IMG/VR virus record: IMGVR_UViG_3300032092_000168
Coordinates: 1 to 29,980 of that record
Strand: one strand, 5' to 3'
DNA from: a virus
Lineage: Duplodnaviria; Caudoviricetes
DNA: 29,980 nucleotides
Positions 1-8,425 of this stretch are shown here, one piece after another. Both the position numbers and the translations under genes were made by a program. The notes under the pieces were generated by a model that was not told where the DNA came from, did not search any database, and saw nothing but the letters and a program-made list of their open reading frames with translations. The first letter of the stretch is position 1. Each line of letters opens with the position of its first letter.

Positions 1-75
1 TTGTTTGGCATGGCAGTGATGATCATCACGCTGTTTTGTTTTGTGTGGGTACTTTTAAATTTTGAGGTTGAATGA
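1..75 (+). CDS. 3' end of a small hydrophobic (membrane) protein, truncated by the window edge
   Basis: Frame 1 reads LFGMAVMIITLFCFVWVLLNFEVE*; its TGA overlaps the next ATG (ATGA at 72-75). Confidence 0.5.
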   Translation: MFGMAVMIITLFCFVWVLLNFEVE

Positions 76-230
76 TGAAAGAGAAGACAGAGCTGGGACG
101 CGCCATCACGCTGCGCCTCACCCAATCAGAGTACGCTGAATATGTCAGGCTTGGCGGTGTGAAGTGGATGCGGATGTTCCTGCAAATGAGTGCAGGGATT
201 CAGAAAGAGATTAAGGTGAATAACAAATGA
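72..230 (+). CDS. 52-aa small protein, possible ribbon-helix-helix DNA-binding protein
   Basis: Not in the ORF track (<60 aa). MMKEKTELGRAITLRLTQSEYAEYVRLGGVKWMRMFLQ...; GAGG RBS at 64-67; ATGA coupling at both ends; alternating beta-strand ITLRLT followed by two helices. Confidence 0.6.
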   Translation: MMKEKTELGRAITLRLTQSEYAEYVRLGGVKWMRMFLQMSAGIQKEIKVNNK

Positions 231-415
231 ATGAGAAGAAAAACGTATTCGACTGGAATGACGGCACACCATCAATCTGGACAAGAGACAAGGAAATGCG
301 CCAAATAGCGCAAGGCAGAGCATGGGGACAAGCAGCGCAGGCCAAGATAGGACTTGAGTCTAAGCAGCAAGTAACTGTTTACTCTCACGCCAAGCCTAGC
401 AAGCAAAATTCATAA
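227..415 (+). CDS. hypothetical protein (62 aa)
   Basis: ATGA overlap with the upstream gene; AAGGTG upstream. Confidence 0.65.
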   Translation: MNEKKNVFDWNDGTPSIWTRDKEMRQIAQGRAWGQAAQAKIGLESKQQVTVYSHAKPSKQNS

Positions 416-450
416 TTGCACTTGTCACAATTTAGCGATAGGATTTTAAT
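416..450 (+). promoter_or_regulatory. sigma70-like promoter(s) for the acidic gene
   Basis: TTGCAC(416-421)-17-TAGGAT(439-444) and TTGTCA(422-427)-17-TTTAAT(445-450). Confidence 0.55.
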
Positions 451-479
451 TGGCAATCGTGCCATTAAAGGAGTCTTTC

Positions 480-749
480 ATGTACAAGCTGGAAATTGAG
501 ATTAACGAATATTCGTTTGGTGAAGAAGAGTCTGTGACCATCAAGACATTCGACATTGACAAGGCCAACATCATTGCAAAATTCATTGAGTTCCAACAGG
601 ACCACGGCTGGTGCGTTGACTATGACGTAACTGCTGAATACGCTGCAATGCAGTGCGATGAAGAAGTGGCAGAAGTTGAAGAAGATGAATATGAAATCGG
701 TGACTGGTACTACGCCGAGGACGGAACAGTGTGGGAACGCATTGAGTGA
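480..749 (+). CDS. highly acidic 89-aa protein (possible DNA mimic / anti-defence protein)
   Basis: AAGGAG RBS at 468-473 supports ATG 480 rather than TTG 450; about 27 D/E versus 5 K/R. Confidence 0.8.
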   Translation: MYKLEIEINEYSFGEEESVTIKTFDIDKANIIAKFIEFQQDHGWCVDYDVTAEYAAMQCDEEVAEVEEDEYEIGDWYYAEDGTVWERIE

Positions 750-754
750 TAGGC

Positions 755-778
755 AAGGGGGCTAATAACCCCCTTTTT
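755..778 (+). terminator. rho-independent terminator
   Basis: AAGGGGG-ctaataa-CCCCCTT followed by a T-tract, right after the stop at 749, between convergent genes. Confidence 0.8.
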
Positions 779-920
779 ATTTTGCCATCATGAACAGCCC
801 GACATTGGAAAATGCGTAGCCAATAAAAGTAAACCCCATCCAAGTCTGACCATTACGAATCTGATCAATCCCGATCCACAGGTATATGCAGCCTACAAAT
901 GCAATTAGCCAACTAGACAT
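777..920 (-). CDS. small membrane protein (47 aa, 2 predicted TM segments)
   Basis: MSSWLIAFVGCIYLWIG...WMGFTFIGYAFSNVGLFMMAK; ATG 920 overlaps the upstream stop by 8 nt. Confidence 0.7.
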   Translation of the reverse strand: MSSWLIAFVGCIYLWIGIDQIRNGQTWMGFTFIGYAFSNVGLFMMAK

Positions 921-1872
921 CGTAAACTTTTCCCCTGAATTCAATCTTGCCCTCATCCCACTTGTGTACCAACTCAGGCCATAGCAGCTTGCCCTCATGG
1001 AACGTGAGTACCGCAAAGCCTGACCGCCAGTTGGTTGGCGAGTCTTCTAGATAGTTTATGAATTGAGGTCCATCAGTCTCTGCCAAAGTGCCTGTATCAA
1101 CGCCAAATCGGTTGCCGTTGTAGTCGGCAAAGGGTGTCACCTTGAGGCTGTGCAGATGGCCTGTAACGATACTCACGCCAGCGTTAACAGTATTGTTGTG
1201 TGTAGCGTGTACACCGCCTTTCCAGCGATGCTTGATCGTTACATTCTCAGTCGGCCAGCAGCTCCAGCATGGCTCCCATGTCGGGAAGTGATCTTTTAGC
1301 GAAAACCCTTTCACGAATTCATATTGCGGCGCATTAGCAGCGAGTCTGTTCTCAAATCGTGCATCATGATTACCCAACGTCCACACTAGCTTGACATTAT
1401 GTCGGGCTTTCTTGGCAGCATCCTCAATATCACCTAAAGCAATCTCGCAGGCTTTCAGCTCTTGGATTACTGATGGCGTTGAATCCCATCCAATGCGAGG
1501 ATAGCGAGAGATAGAAGCGCCATCAAATACATCTCCATTGGCAATGACAGCCTTTGGCTGAAACTCTTTAATCGCCCAAAGAAGTCCCTTGTACGCTGTC
1601 GTATGGATGCCAGGCCAAAAGTGAGCGTCACTAAAAACAAGAACAACGCCATTCTCAATCCCCAATTCTTTTCTTGCTGAATTGTTTGTAATTGTCTGAG
1701 CTTTATTGTTTTTTGATTTGAGCTGTTGCCCATACTTAGCTTCTAAATTGCTTTTGCGCCTCAGAATATTACGCAAGTCCATGCCTATGGCTTTTGCCAT
1801 TGCCTTGCCTGACTCGTAAGTATTCCAAAGCTCGATAAACTCTTGATCGCTATAAACTGCTTTACCGCCCAT
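913..1872 (-). CDS. calcineurin-like metallophosphoesterase with an N-terminal HTH-like segment
   Basis: All motifs in order: SDAH, NGDVFD, GNHD, KH, GHLH. Confidence 0.88.
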   Translation of the reverse strand: MGGKAVYSDQEFIELWNTYESGKAMAKAIGMDLRNILRRKSNLEAKYGQQLKSKNNKAQTITNNSARKELGIENGVVLVFSDAHFWPGIHTTAYKGLLWAIKEFQPKAVIANGDVFDGASISRYPRIGWDSTPSVIQELKACEIALGDIEDAAKKARHNVKLVWTLGNHDARFENRLAANAPQYEFVKGFSLKDHFPTWEPCWSCWPTENVTIKHRWKGGVHATHNNTVNAGVSIVTGHLHSLKVTPFADYNGNRFGVDTGTLAETDGPQFINYLEDSPTNWRSGFAVLTFHEGKLLWPELVHKWDEGKIEFRGKVYDV

Positions 1873-2233
1873 GATGGTCTTTCAATAAAAGTTTTTCAAG
1901 CAAATTGATAACCCTGTGTTCGGCCATTTCTCGCTGCTCTTCTGTCGAATTCCTGTCTGCCGTTGTCTCAACAAGGTCGTGTAAAAGGATGTGCAAACAC
2001 TCATGCAGCGCCGTCATCTCAAGGCTGGCGCTGTTTATCTCTTCACCGCCAAATGACCCCAGCCTGTAGCTTGCAAGCCTTGCTGGTGCATCAAACTCAA
2101 TTGACGCCATTGCGTCCTTGGCGATCTTATTAACTCTCTCTATACGCCAATCGCCCAAAGATAATATTTCCTGCCACTTCATCATGTAGCCATGAAACTC
2201 TTTCGCCTGACTTATATCTGGCACATTCTTCAT
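1862..2233 (-). CDS. putative zinc metallopeptidase-like protein (HExxH)
   Basis: ALHECLHILL motif plus a downstream EH; ATG 2233 preferred over TTG 2263; 11-nt overlap with the phosphoesterase. Confidence 0.65.
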   Translation of the reverse strand: MKNVPDISQAKEFHGYMMKWQEILSLGDWRIERVNKIAKDAMASIEFDAPARLASYRLGSFGGEEINSASLEMTALHECLHILLHDLVETTADRNSTEEQREMAEHRVINLLEKLLLKDHHGR

Positions 2234-2274
2234 GTAGTGGATTAACACATAAAAAGATGACAAAAAGAAGAATA

Positions 2275-2304
2275 TTGACGCTTGACCATATAGTCATTTA
2301 CAAT
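2275..2304 (+). promoter_or_regulatory. sigma70-like promoter, probably giving a leaderless mRNA
   Basis: TTGACG(2275-2280)-18-TACAAT(2299-2304); the ATG starts at 2311 and has no SD. Confidence 0.6.
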
Positions 2305-2310
2305 ATTTGA

Positions 2311-2685
2311 ATGAAATCTGTTCGCCTCCCCCGCATTGTCTCGCTTTTACAGCGCGTTGGATGCACCGCGCCAGAGGTTGCCGCCAAGGTGTATTGCACA
2401 GAGAGGTCAGCTCAGATCATCATCAACAAGTTGCGCGTGCAGGGTGATGTCCACATACAGGAATGGCGCAGATCAGGTAATGTGCTGGTGGCCGTGTACC
2501 GCTATGGGATTGGCACTGATGCCGTCAAGCCTAAACCTCTGACGGCGCAAGAGAGGCTCAAACGCTGGCGAGCCAAGGAGTCCTTAGACGATCATGCTTT
2601 TCGCATGGCAAAGGAAAGAGCAAAGAAGTGGAAGATCAAGCGCGATCCGCTGGTGGCTGCGCTGTTTGGAGATGCAAATGGATAA
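2311..2685 (+). CDS. putative winged-HTH DNA-binding protein
   Basis: TAPEVAAKVYCTERSAQIIINKLR HTH-like segment followed by a beta-wing (VHIQEW...AVYRYG); basic C-terminus. Confidence 0.7.
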   Translation: MKSVRLPRIVSLLQRVGCTAPEVAAKVYCTERSAQIIINKLRVQGDVHIQEWRRSGNVLVAVYRYGIGTDAVKPKPLTAQERLKRWRAKESLDDHAFRMAKERAKKWKIKRDPLVAALFGDANG

Positions 2686-2851
2686 AGAGAAACTGAAAAA
2701 ATTCCTCAATGAAATGCTTGAGCAGGCAGATGAAGTCGAGGCTGCGTCAGGTGAAATACCAACTGCTCAAGAAGCAATTGGTTGGATCATTGACTGGGTT
2801 GATGATCAATCATCTAAAAGCAAACCACCTTTGGACAAGCCGCCAGCATAG
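2678..2851 (+). CDS. small acidic protein (57 aa), candidate immunity/partner of the convergent gene
   Basis: GGAG RBS at 2668-2671, ATG 2678, 8-nt overlap with the upstream gene; the 3' end overlaps the convergent gene by 46 nt. Confidence 0.6.
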   Translation: MDKEKLKKFLNEMLEQADEVEAASGEIPTAQEAIGWIIDWVDDQSSKSKPPLDKPPA

Positions 2852-4185
2852 GTCTGACCTCTGATAATCATGTCTCGCGCTGTTTCAGGAGAAACACCTA
2901 ATCGTCTTGCGGTTTCGCCAATCTGTTGCGCCAATAGCTCTAGCTTTGGTGCGCCAATTGGTGAAGTAACGCCTGTAGCGCCTGATCCTGCACCCCAAAT
3001 AACAGCTTGTGCAGGCACTGCCTCAATACCCATTGGTTGGGCAATTTTCTGTCTAAAAAATGGTGCAATTGATACCATCTCAGGCACAGAAGCGCTAGCT
3101 TTTGGTATTGTTGGTACTCCCTTTTTGGTAGTTGCTCCGCGTACATCTGGCAACCCAAGAAGTCTTGAAAAATGTGCGTCACCAACAGCAAATCTTGTTT
3201 GAAAGCCTGTCTCTGGCACACCAGACGCAACAATGTAGCTTGGTACTTTGGCTGAATCCATTTCAAGCAAACCGCTTGCAAGATACTTACCCATCGGACC
3301 GGCTTGTGCAGTGCTGTGATATGGATGACCAATCACGCCAGCCAATTCAGGCGGGAAGTCTGCGCCACGCTTAAATTCAGATACACCGCCAAATTTTCTA
3401 AAGTCTTCAAAACGACCAAGCGTATCCATCATGTTGGCAGCAGTGCCGCGATTCAACTCTGTAAGAACTTCGCTGCCAGGACTTGCCATACCTGTTAGCG
3501 TATTAAATTTGTTGTATTCACCGATAGCGCGATCAGGACCATAAATATCCACAAATCGCTTGTACAGCGGGTCCATGGTGTACCAAGATGCCATGCCTTT
3601 GTATAACTCAGGCTGTTGCTTTGCTTCGGCCACAATGTCTTGCAAACGCTGTACATTGCGTGGATTCATTACCTGTTGTGCATGAGCAGCACCTTTAGGA
3701 TTTTTTGCAGTTTTAAATGGCGCATCAGTGATATTGCCAGCGCGTGTGCCTTGCTGAGAAATATCAAACAAATCTTGTCTTGAAACATTAAATAATTGTT
3801 TAAGCAAAGGATCTTCTGGCGCAACACGACTTGCAGCTTCCTGAACCAATTCTCTAGGATTTTTGTAAATATCAGGAAAAGCAATTCTCTCTGGATTCAT
3901 CACAGTAGCCATCTTTTTGGTCATTCCAACAGGCGCAAACGCCATTGGACCTGACATGGTCATCTCTGTGAGCTGATCAAATGCCGCCTGATTTGTCACT
4001 TTCATTGGATTTTTTCTATCTCCAAATGCGCGTTTTTGCAGCTCACGAAACTTCTCTTGTGACTCATCTATTGATGTAAGTCCAGACTGAAGCAAACCGC
4101 CAATGCCTTGCAGCGCCTGCGTCCTGTTTGGGTCTTGCATATACCCAAGCGCATCGCCAAGTAGTCCTGAGAATTGAGTTGCCAT
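2806..4185 (-). CDS. last gene of the ejection operon; putative virion cargo with an HhH-glycosylase-like C-terminal domain
   Basis: 459-aa ORF 3 nt after the ejection gene; N-terminal SGLLG leader; WY...SP...KxxSY...GDAHxxR...QAxxW motifs; C-terminal GGLLLDD. Confidence 0.6.
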   Translation of the reverse strand: MATQFSGLLGDALGYMQDPNRTQALQGIGGLLQSGLTSIDESQEKFRELQKRAFGDRKNPMKVTNQAAFDQLTEMTMSGPMAFAPVGMTKKMATVMNPERIAFPDIYKNPRELVQEAASRVAPEDPLLKQLFNVSRQDLFDISQQGTRAGNITDAPFKTAKNPKGAAHAQQVMNPRNVQRLQDIVAEAKQQPELYKGMASWYTMDPLYKRFVDIYGPDRAIGEYNKFNTLTGMASPGSEVLTELNRGTAANMMDTLGRFEDFRKFGGVSEFKRGADFPPELAGVIGHPYHSTAQAGPMGKYLASGLLEMDSAKVPSYIVASGVPETGFQTRFAVGDAHFSRLLGLPDVRGATTKKGVPTIPKASASVPEMVSIAPFFRQKIAQPMGIEAVPAQAVIWGAGSGATGVTSPIGAPKLELLAQQIGETARRLGVSPETARDMIIRGQTYAGGLSKGGLLLDD

Positions 4186-4188
4186 GAT

Positions 4189-6285
4189 TTATTGTCCTGC
4201 GAGGTTAGACCCAATTATTCCAGTTTGTCCACCGATATAACCACCAGCTCCAGCAGCGCGTGAGCGTGCCTCATTTAATCGGCGAATTGACTCTGACAGG
4301 TCAATGAGTTTTTGCTGTTCGCGTGATAGCAGGATGCGCCCCATTTGGTTGCGTACTGCCTCGGGCGTCTTGACTTGACCAAATAGGTTAGATGCTGATG
4401 TGACCATGCCAGGCACATTGCCTGTGGCAACCGCCTGCCCTGCCTGCATCACTGGTGCAACATCAAGATCAGCCATGCCGGCCAAGCGTGGCGCTGTTGG
4501 AGATCCACGGCCAGCAGACTCCATACCTTTAAGGCGAGCTTCTCTTGCAACCGCTGCCGCGAACTCTCGATAGTCCTTACCGAATACAGACTTGAGTCGC
4601 TCTTGCGTTGCTGGCTCTTTCCACATCTTCAGCAATGATGTCTGTCCAGCCTCTGTACCTGTCTTTTGGCGTAGAGCCTGCAAAGCGCCAACGCTGAATG
4701 CTGCAAGCTCAGAATCAGTCAAGCCACGCAATTCCTGTTGGAAGTTGACAATGTCACCAGTCATGGCTTTGCGTCCAAGCTCGGCAGCATCCATCATCTG
4801 TGATGGTCCTGCCCACTTCTCCATCGCTTGAGCGTAGGCAGACTTACCGCCAATCCTTGGCGACTTATCGCTCAATGTCTTGATCAACTCTTGGCGCACA
4901 TCATCATAGGCATTGGCCTGCTGATTTGCGCCTGATCGCTTGAGACTTTGAGCTGAGTCATACAAAGACTGCTTCAATGTGTCCAGCACATTCATTGGCA
5001 CACGCTGGCCTGGCTGCAATTGCGACAAATCAATCGTCTGACCAGTCTTTGTGCGGTACAGCAATTCGGCAGCACTGTGCGATGACTCTGAACGCTTCAA
5101 CAATTTCATCAATTTATCATCAACTTGCACCACTGCTTGGTCAATGACGTTATAGAAAGGACGCGACTCCATGCGGCGCATCTCGCTGAAGTTATCAATG
5201 CTCTGCTGGAACTGTGCGCCTTGAGTGCCTAAAGCTGTATCAGCGGCAGTCACAAGACGGCCAGCGCGTCCAGCTTGGCGCTCTCTGATGGCACGCTCTA
5301 AGGCTTGCTTTGTCTCGCCTGGCAGCGTTGCAATGGTGTCCAACAGTTGGCGCATATTCGCACCACCCACATCAGCAATGCGAGCCTCTGCGCCCAACTT
5401 GCCCATGCGAGCCTGCGACATTCCCAATGCGCTTTCAAGCAGATCGGGTGGTGTGTCGCGCAGTAAAGCCTCGGCAACCTTTTGCTGTGCATAGGTTTCA
5501 GCTCTTGCTGGTGACACTCTCGCAGCGATCTGACGGCCACCAGCGCCAAGCACCGACATGACTGGCTGAGATATTGGACCTACCACACCGCCAACTACAC
5601 CGCCCCTTGCAACATCTTTGCTGATGTCGGCAATGGTTTCTCCCTCGGATGTACCAAGGCCGCCAACCATGCCATAACCCAAGCCAGTAGCACTAGCCTG
5701 CGCCATGCGCTGACCCATACCCATGACTTGGCCTGCTGCGGGTGCTTGCGTTAAGTAGTTTTGTAATTGAGCAAGCCTTGGAGATACAGCCTCCATAGCA
5801 GGCGTAACCACGCCACGATTGATAGCTTGTCCAACCCTTGCTGGTGCGCCAATCGCCATAGTGGGTAAGGTGGCCGCGACTTGCAACCCAGCAGATGTAT
5901 ATGGATTTTCTTTGGTGTAAGACCCAACAGCGCCGCGAATGATGTCTCGCTGCTCTTGGTATGCCTGAGACAGTGGGACGCCCTCGGTGATGGCTCTTAT
6001 TGGCGCAGCAACAGCGCCAGCGATCTCATCATAGAAACCCATTGTCGGACCCTGCATGGCCGCCAAGAATCCTTTTTCCATCTGCGACTTCTTTGCACCA
6101 GCTTCATAGGCAGGCGACTTACGCTCAGACAAGAACTTCAACACCTCTGCTGGCGTATAGTTGTTCTCAATGGCGGTATTGATCTGTACGTCTACACCAG
6201 GCAGGCTTGACAGGTATCCCATGATCTCTTCATCTTGGTAGCCCTCTTTTCTAGCCGCATCAATCTGTTTCTTTAGGTCATCCAT
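4189..6285 (-). CDS. large internal virion / DNA ejection protein
   Basis: 698 aa, Ala/Gly/Gln-rich and helical with hydrophobic Gly-rich stretches (GLGYGMVGGLG); position after the nozzle and pilot genes as in P22 gp16/T7 gp16. Confidence 0.7.
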   Translation of the reverse strand: MDDLKKQIDAARKEGYQDEEIMGYLSSLPGVDVQINTAIENNYTPAEVLKFLSERKSPAYEAGAKKSQMEKGFLAAMQGPTMGFYDEIAGAVAAPIRAITEGVPLSQAYQEQRDIIRGAVGSYTKENPYTSAGLQVAATLPTMAIGAPARVGQAINRGVVTPAMEAVSPRLAQLQNYLTQAPAAGQVMGMGQRMAQASATGLGYGMVGGLGTSEGETIADISKDVARGGVVGGVVGPISQPVMSVLGAGGRQIAARVSPARAETYAQQKVAEALLRDTPPDLLESALGMSQARMGKLGAEARIADVGGANMRQLLDTIATLPGETKQALERAIRERQAGRAGRLVTAADTALGTQGAQFQQSIDNFSEMRRMESRPFYNVIDQAVVQVDDKLMKLLKRSESSHSAAELLYRTKTGQTIDLSQLQPGQRVPMNVLDTLKQSLYDSAQSLKRSGANQQANAYDDVRQELIKTLSDKSPRIGGKSAYAQAMEKWAGPSQMMDAAELGRKAMTGDIVNFQQELRGLTDSELAAFSVGALQALRQKTGTEAGQTSLLKMWKEPATQERLKSVFGKDYREFAAAVAREARLKGMESAGRGSPTAPRLAGMADLDVAPVMQAGQAVATGNVPGMVTSASNLFGQVKTPEAVRNQMGRILLSREQQKLIDLSESIRRLNEARSRAAGAGGYIGGQTGIIGSNLAGQ

Positions 6286-6294
6286 GACTGCGCC

Positions 6295-7677
6295 TTATCG
6301 GTTGAAAATTTCTGTCAGAGGTTTGCGCTTGGCTGCGCCGCCAGGCGCTCTGACAATTGATGGCAACTTGGCAGGCGCACCAAGCGCCTTATCAAGCTCA
6401 ACGCCAGTGCTTGCGCCAAAGTCAAGATACTCGCCACGCTTTTGGTTGTAAGCCTGCCCAGCAGCCGCGTACAGCTCATTTGACAATTGCTTGAAGTCTT
6501 CGCGCTGTGTTGGTGTGAGCTTGTTACCTGACGCCCAATTGTCAAAATAATATTTCAACCTGTCCATACGGCCTGATGCCGCCATCGCAATACCCAATTC
6601 AGACTCACGCACAACAGAGCCAGGGTCGAGCAGTTTCATAATCTTTGTGGCGCCAGCAACGTCACCAATTGGCGTACCCTGATCCAACGCTGATGTGACT
6701 TGACCATAGGCTGATCTCATGTCGGTGAAGTCTTTGTAAATAGGCTCTGACATGAATGTCTTCTTGGCCGACATCTTGTTCTCAAAACCCTTTTGACCAG
6801 TGTCAACGCTGACACTAGCAGCGCCTGATCTCTTCAACTTCATAATGTTTTCAAATGTCACTGGTACACCAGCAGCATTGAGCAATTGCACCTCGGGGGG
6901 TGCAGACTCAGGCTTATCTAATTGACGCAAATTATTCAGATTCACATCCATGCCAAGTGCTTTGAGAATCCTGATCTTCTCAGGGTCAGCCTCTGGCTTA
7001 TCAAGCATCCGCAAGTTTTCCAAAGTAGGTTTCATGCCAAGCTCTGCCAGCAGTCTTGCTTTCTCTGTTGGCTGAGTAAGTTTCAGCATTTCAGGTATGC
7101 CCTGTGCAGCAGGCAACGCCGACAGCATCATGCGCTGTTCGCGTGTCAAATTCGACATTCCACTGGGCGCAACGCTAGGCGCAGGCTGACCAATCATGGC
7201 GGCACGCTCTACTGTTGGACCAAGCGCCATGCCAGGCGCTGAAATAGCCTGCTCTGGTGTGATCTCCGCGCCAACTGTAGGCTGACCAGTTAAAAAGTTT
7301 TGATAAGCCAACTGAGCTTGCTGTGCGCGCTTCGCCTCATCCAGCTTCTGCTTGGTCATCAACTGTGCAATTGCACCCTGCTGCGCCTGCTGGTAGCCTG
7401 CTGCGCCAGCCTCTAAGCCTTGTCCGAGTGCCTGACCAAGAGAAACTGGCGTGGTGCTTCTACCGCTTGATTTAAGCAGTGCAGCCGCCGCTGACAGCAT
7501 CGCTTGGCGTTGCATCGCTTGGCGCTGTGCGTCTGTCAGATACTCATTGAGGCCACTATCAGCACCGCCAAAGAGCAAGCCACCAAAATTCATTGGTGAC
7601 GCTGCTGTTGATGGTGCTAGTGGCTGAAAACCAGTAGGACCAGCTATTGCGTTGTATTGATCTAAGAATGTTGACAT
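6295..7677 (-). CDS. internal virion / ejection protein
   Basis: 460 aa; LGQALGQGLEAGAAGYQQAQQ; C-terminal KLLDPGSVVRESE motif; synteny. Confidence 0.7.
   Translation of the reverse strand: MSTFLDQYNAIAGPTGFQPLAPSTAASPMNFGGLLFGGADSGLNEYLTDAQRQAMQRQAMLSAAAALLKSSGRSTTPVSLGQALGQGLEAGAAGYQQAQQGAIAQLMTKQKLDEAKRAQQAQLAYQNFLTGQPTVGAEITPEQAISAPGMALGPTVERAAMIGQPAPSVAPSGMSNLTREQRMMLSALPAAQGIPEMLKLTQPTEKARLLAELGMKPTLENLRMLDKPEADPEKIRILKALGMDVNLNNLRQLDKPESAPPEVQLLNAAGVPVTFENIMKLKRSGAASVSVDTGQKGFENKMSAKKTFMSEPIYKDFTDMRSAYGQVTSALDQGTPIGDVAGATKIMKLLDPGSVVRESELGIAMAASGRMDRLKYYFDNWASGNKLTPTQREDFKQLSNELYAAAGQAYNQKRGEYLDFGASTGVELDKALGAPAKLPSIVRAPGGAAKRKPLTEIFNR
6830..7066 (-). repeat. three ~28-aa tandem protein repeats (boundaries approximate)
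   Basis: EKARLLAELGMKPTLENLRMLDKPEADP / EKIRILKALGMDVNLNNLRQLDKPESAP / PEVQLLNAAGVPVTFENIMKLKR. Confidence 0.8.
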
Positions 7678-7680
7678 TGT

Positions 7681-8415
7681 TTACCCCAGTAATCCAATCA
7701 GACCACCAATGCCTGCACCAACTGGTCCACCCAATTGATAACCAGCAGCCGCACCACCTAAAGCGCCAGCAGCTTGATTCCGATATGTTGGCTGAGTAGT
7801 TATACCGCCAACATTTGCTGGCTGCAATCCCAACGCGCCTTGCACAACGCCGAGCTTTTGCAAGCCAATATTGCGAGCTGCATCAAGCCTTGCCTGCTCA
7901 AGCTGCTGTCTAGCACCGCCAAGACCTAAGACTGTCTGCGCCCCCTGCATACCCAAGTTGCGAGCATTCATGGCCAACTGTGCAGCCGTACCATAGCCAG
8001 CCTGACGCATCTGCGCCGCTGTCTTGGCGGCCTGCTGCAATGCCGCCTGATCTGTCAGCGACTGCTGTACGCCATAACGCGAGCCGCCAAACGCTTTGGC
8101 CGCTGTTGCCTGCTGTGCATTTTGGAGTGCAGCCATTTGGCGTGACTGCTCAATGTCGCCCAATGTGTTTTGAATGACTTGCTGCTCATAGGGGTTCATG
8201 AACTGCTGAATATCTTCACCAGTAAATGGCTTGAGTCCAAGGTTGACAAGCTGCTCTTCGCCTGCGGCGTACAAAGGATTAAATCCAGCAAACTGCTGCA
8301 CGCCAAGTCCTCCAGCAACGCTTTTTGCCTGCTCAAGATTTCGGAGGTACTGCTCTTTGATCTGTGGATCAATGCTGGTTGTTGCTGTTTGGCTGCCGCC
8401 GCTGTCTTTACTCAT
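7681..8415 (-). CDS. DNA pilot / ejection protein (P22 gp7-like role)
   Basis: 244 aa; IQQFMNPYEQQVI, AFGGSR and a Gly/Ala hydrophobic C-terminus; AAGGGG RBS. Confidence 0.7.
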   Translation of the reverse strand: MSKDSGGSQTATTSIDPQIKEQYLRNLEQAKSVAGGLGVQQFAGFNPLYAAGEEQLVNLGLKPFTGEDIQQFMNPYEQQVIQNTLGDIEQSRQMAALQNAQQATAAKAFGGSRYGVQQSLTDQAALQQAAKTAAQMRQAGYGTAAQLAMNARNLGMQGAQTVLGLGGARQQLEQARLDAARNIGLQKLGVVQGALGLQPANVGGITTQPTYRNQAAGALGGAAAGYQLGGPVGAGIGGLIGLLG

Positions 8416-8425
8416 GTCTTACCCC

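Noticed and set aside
2594-2677. Upstream start for the small acidic ORF (85 aa)
   Set aside because: Lies inside the wHTH gene; the GGAG RBS supports ATG 2678
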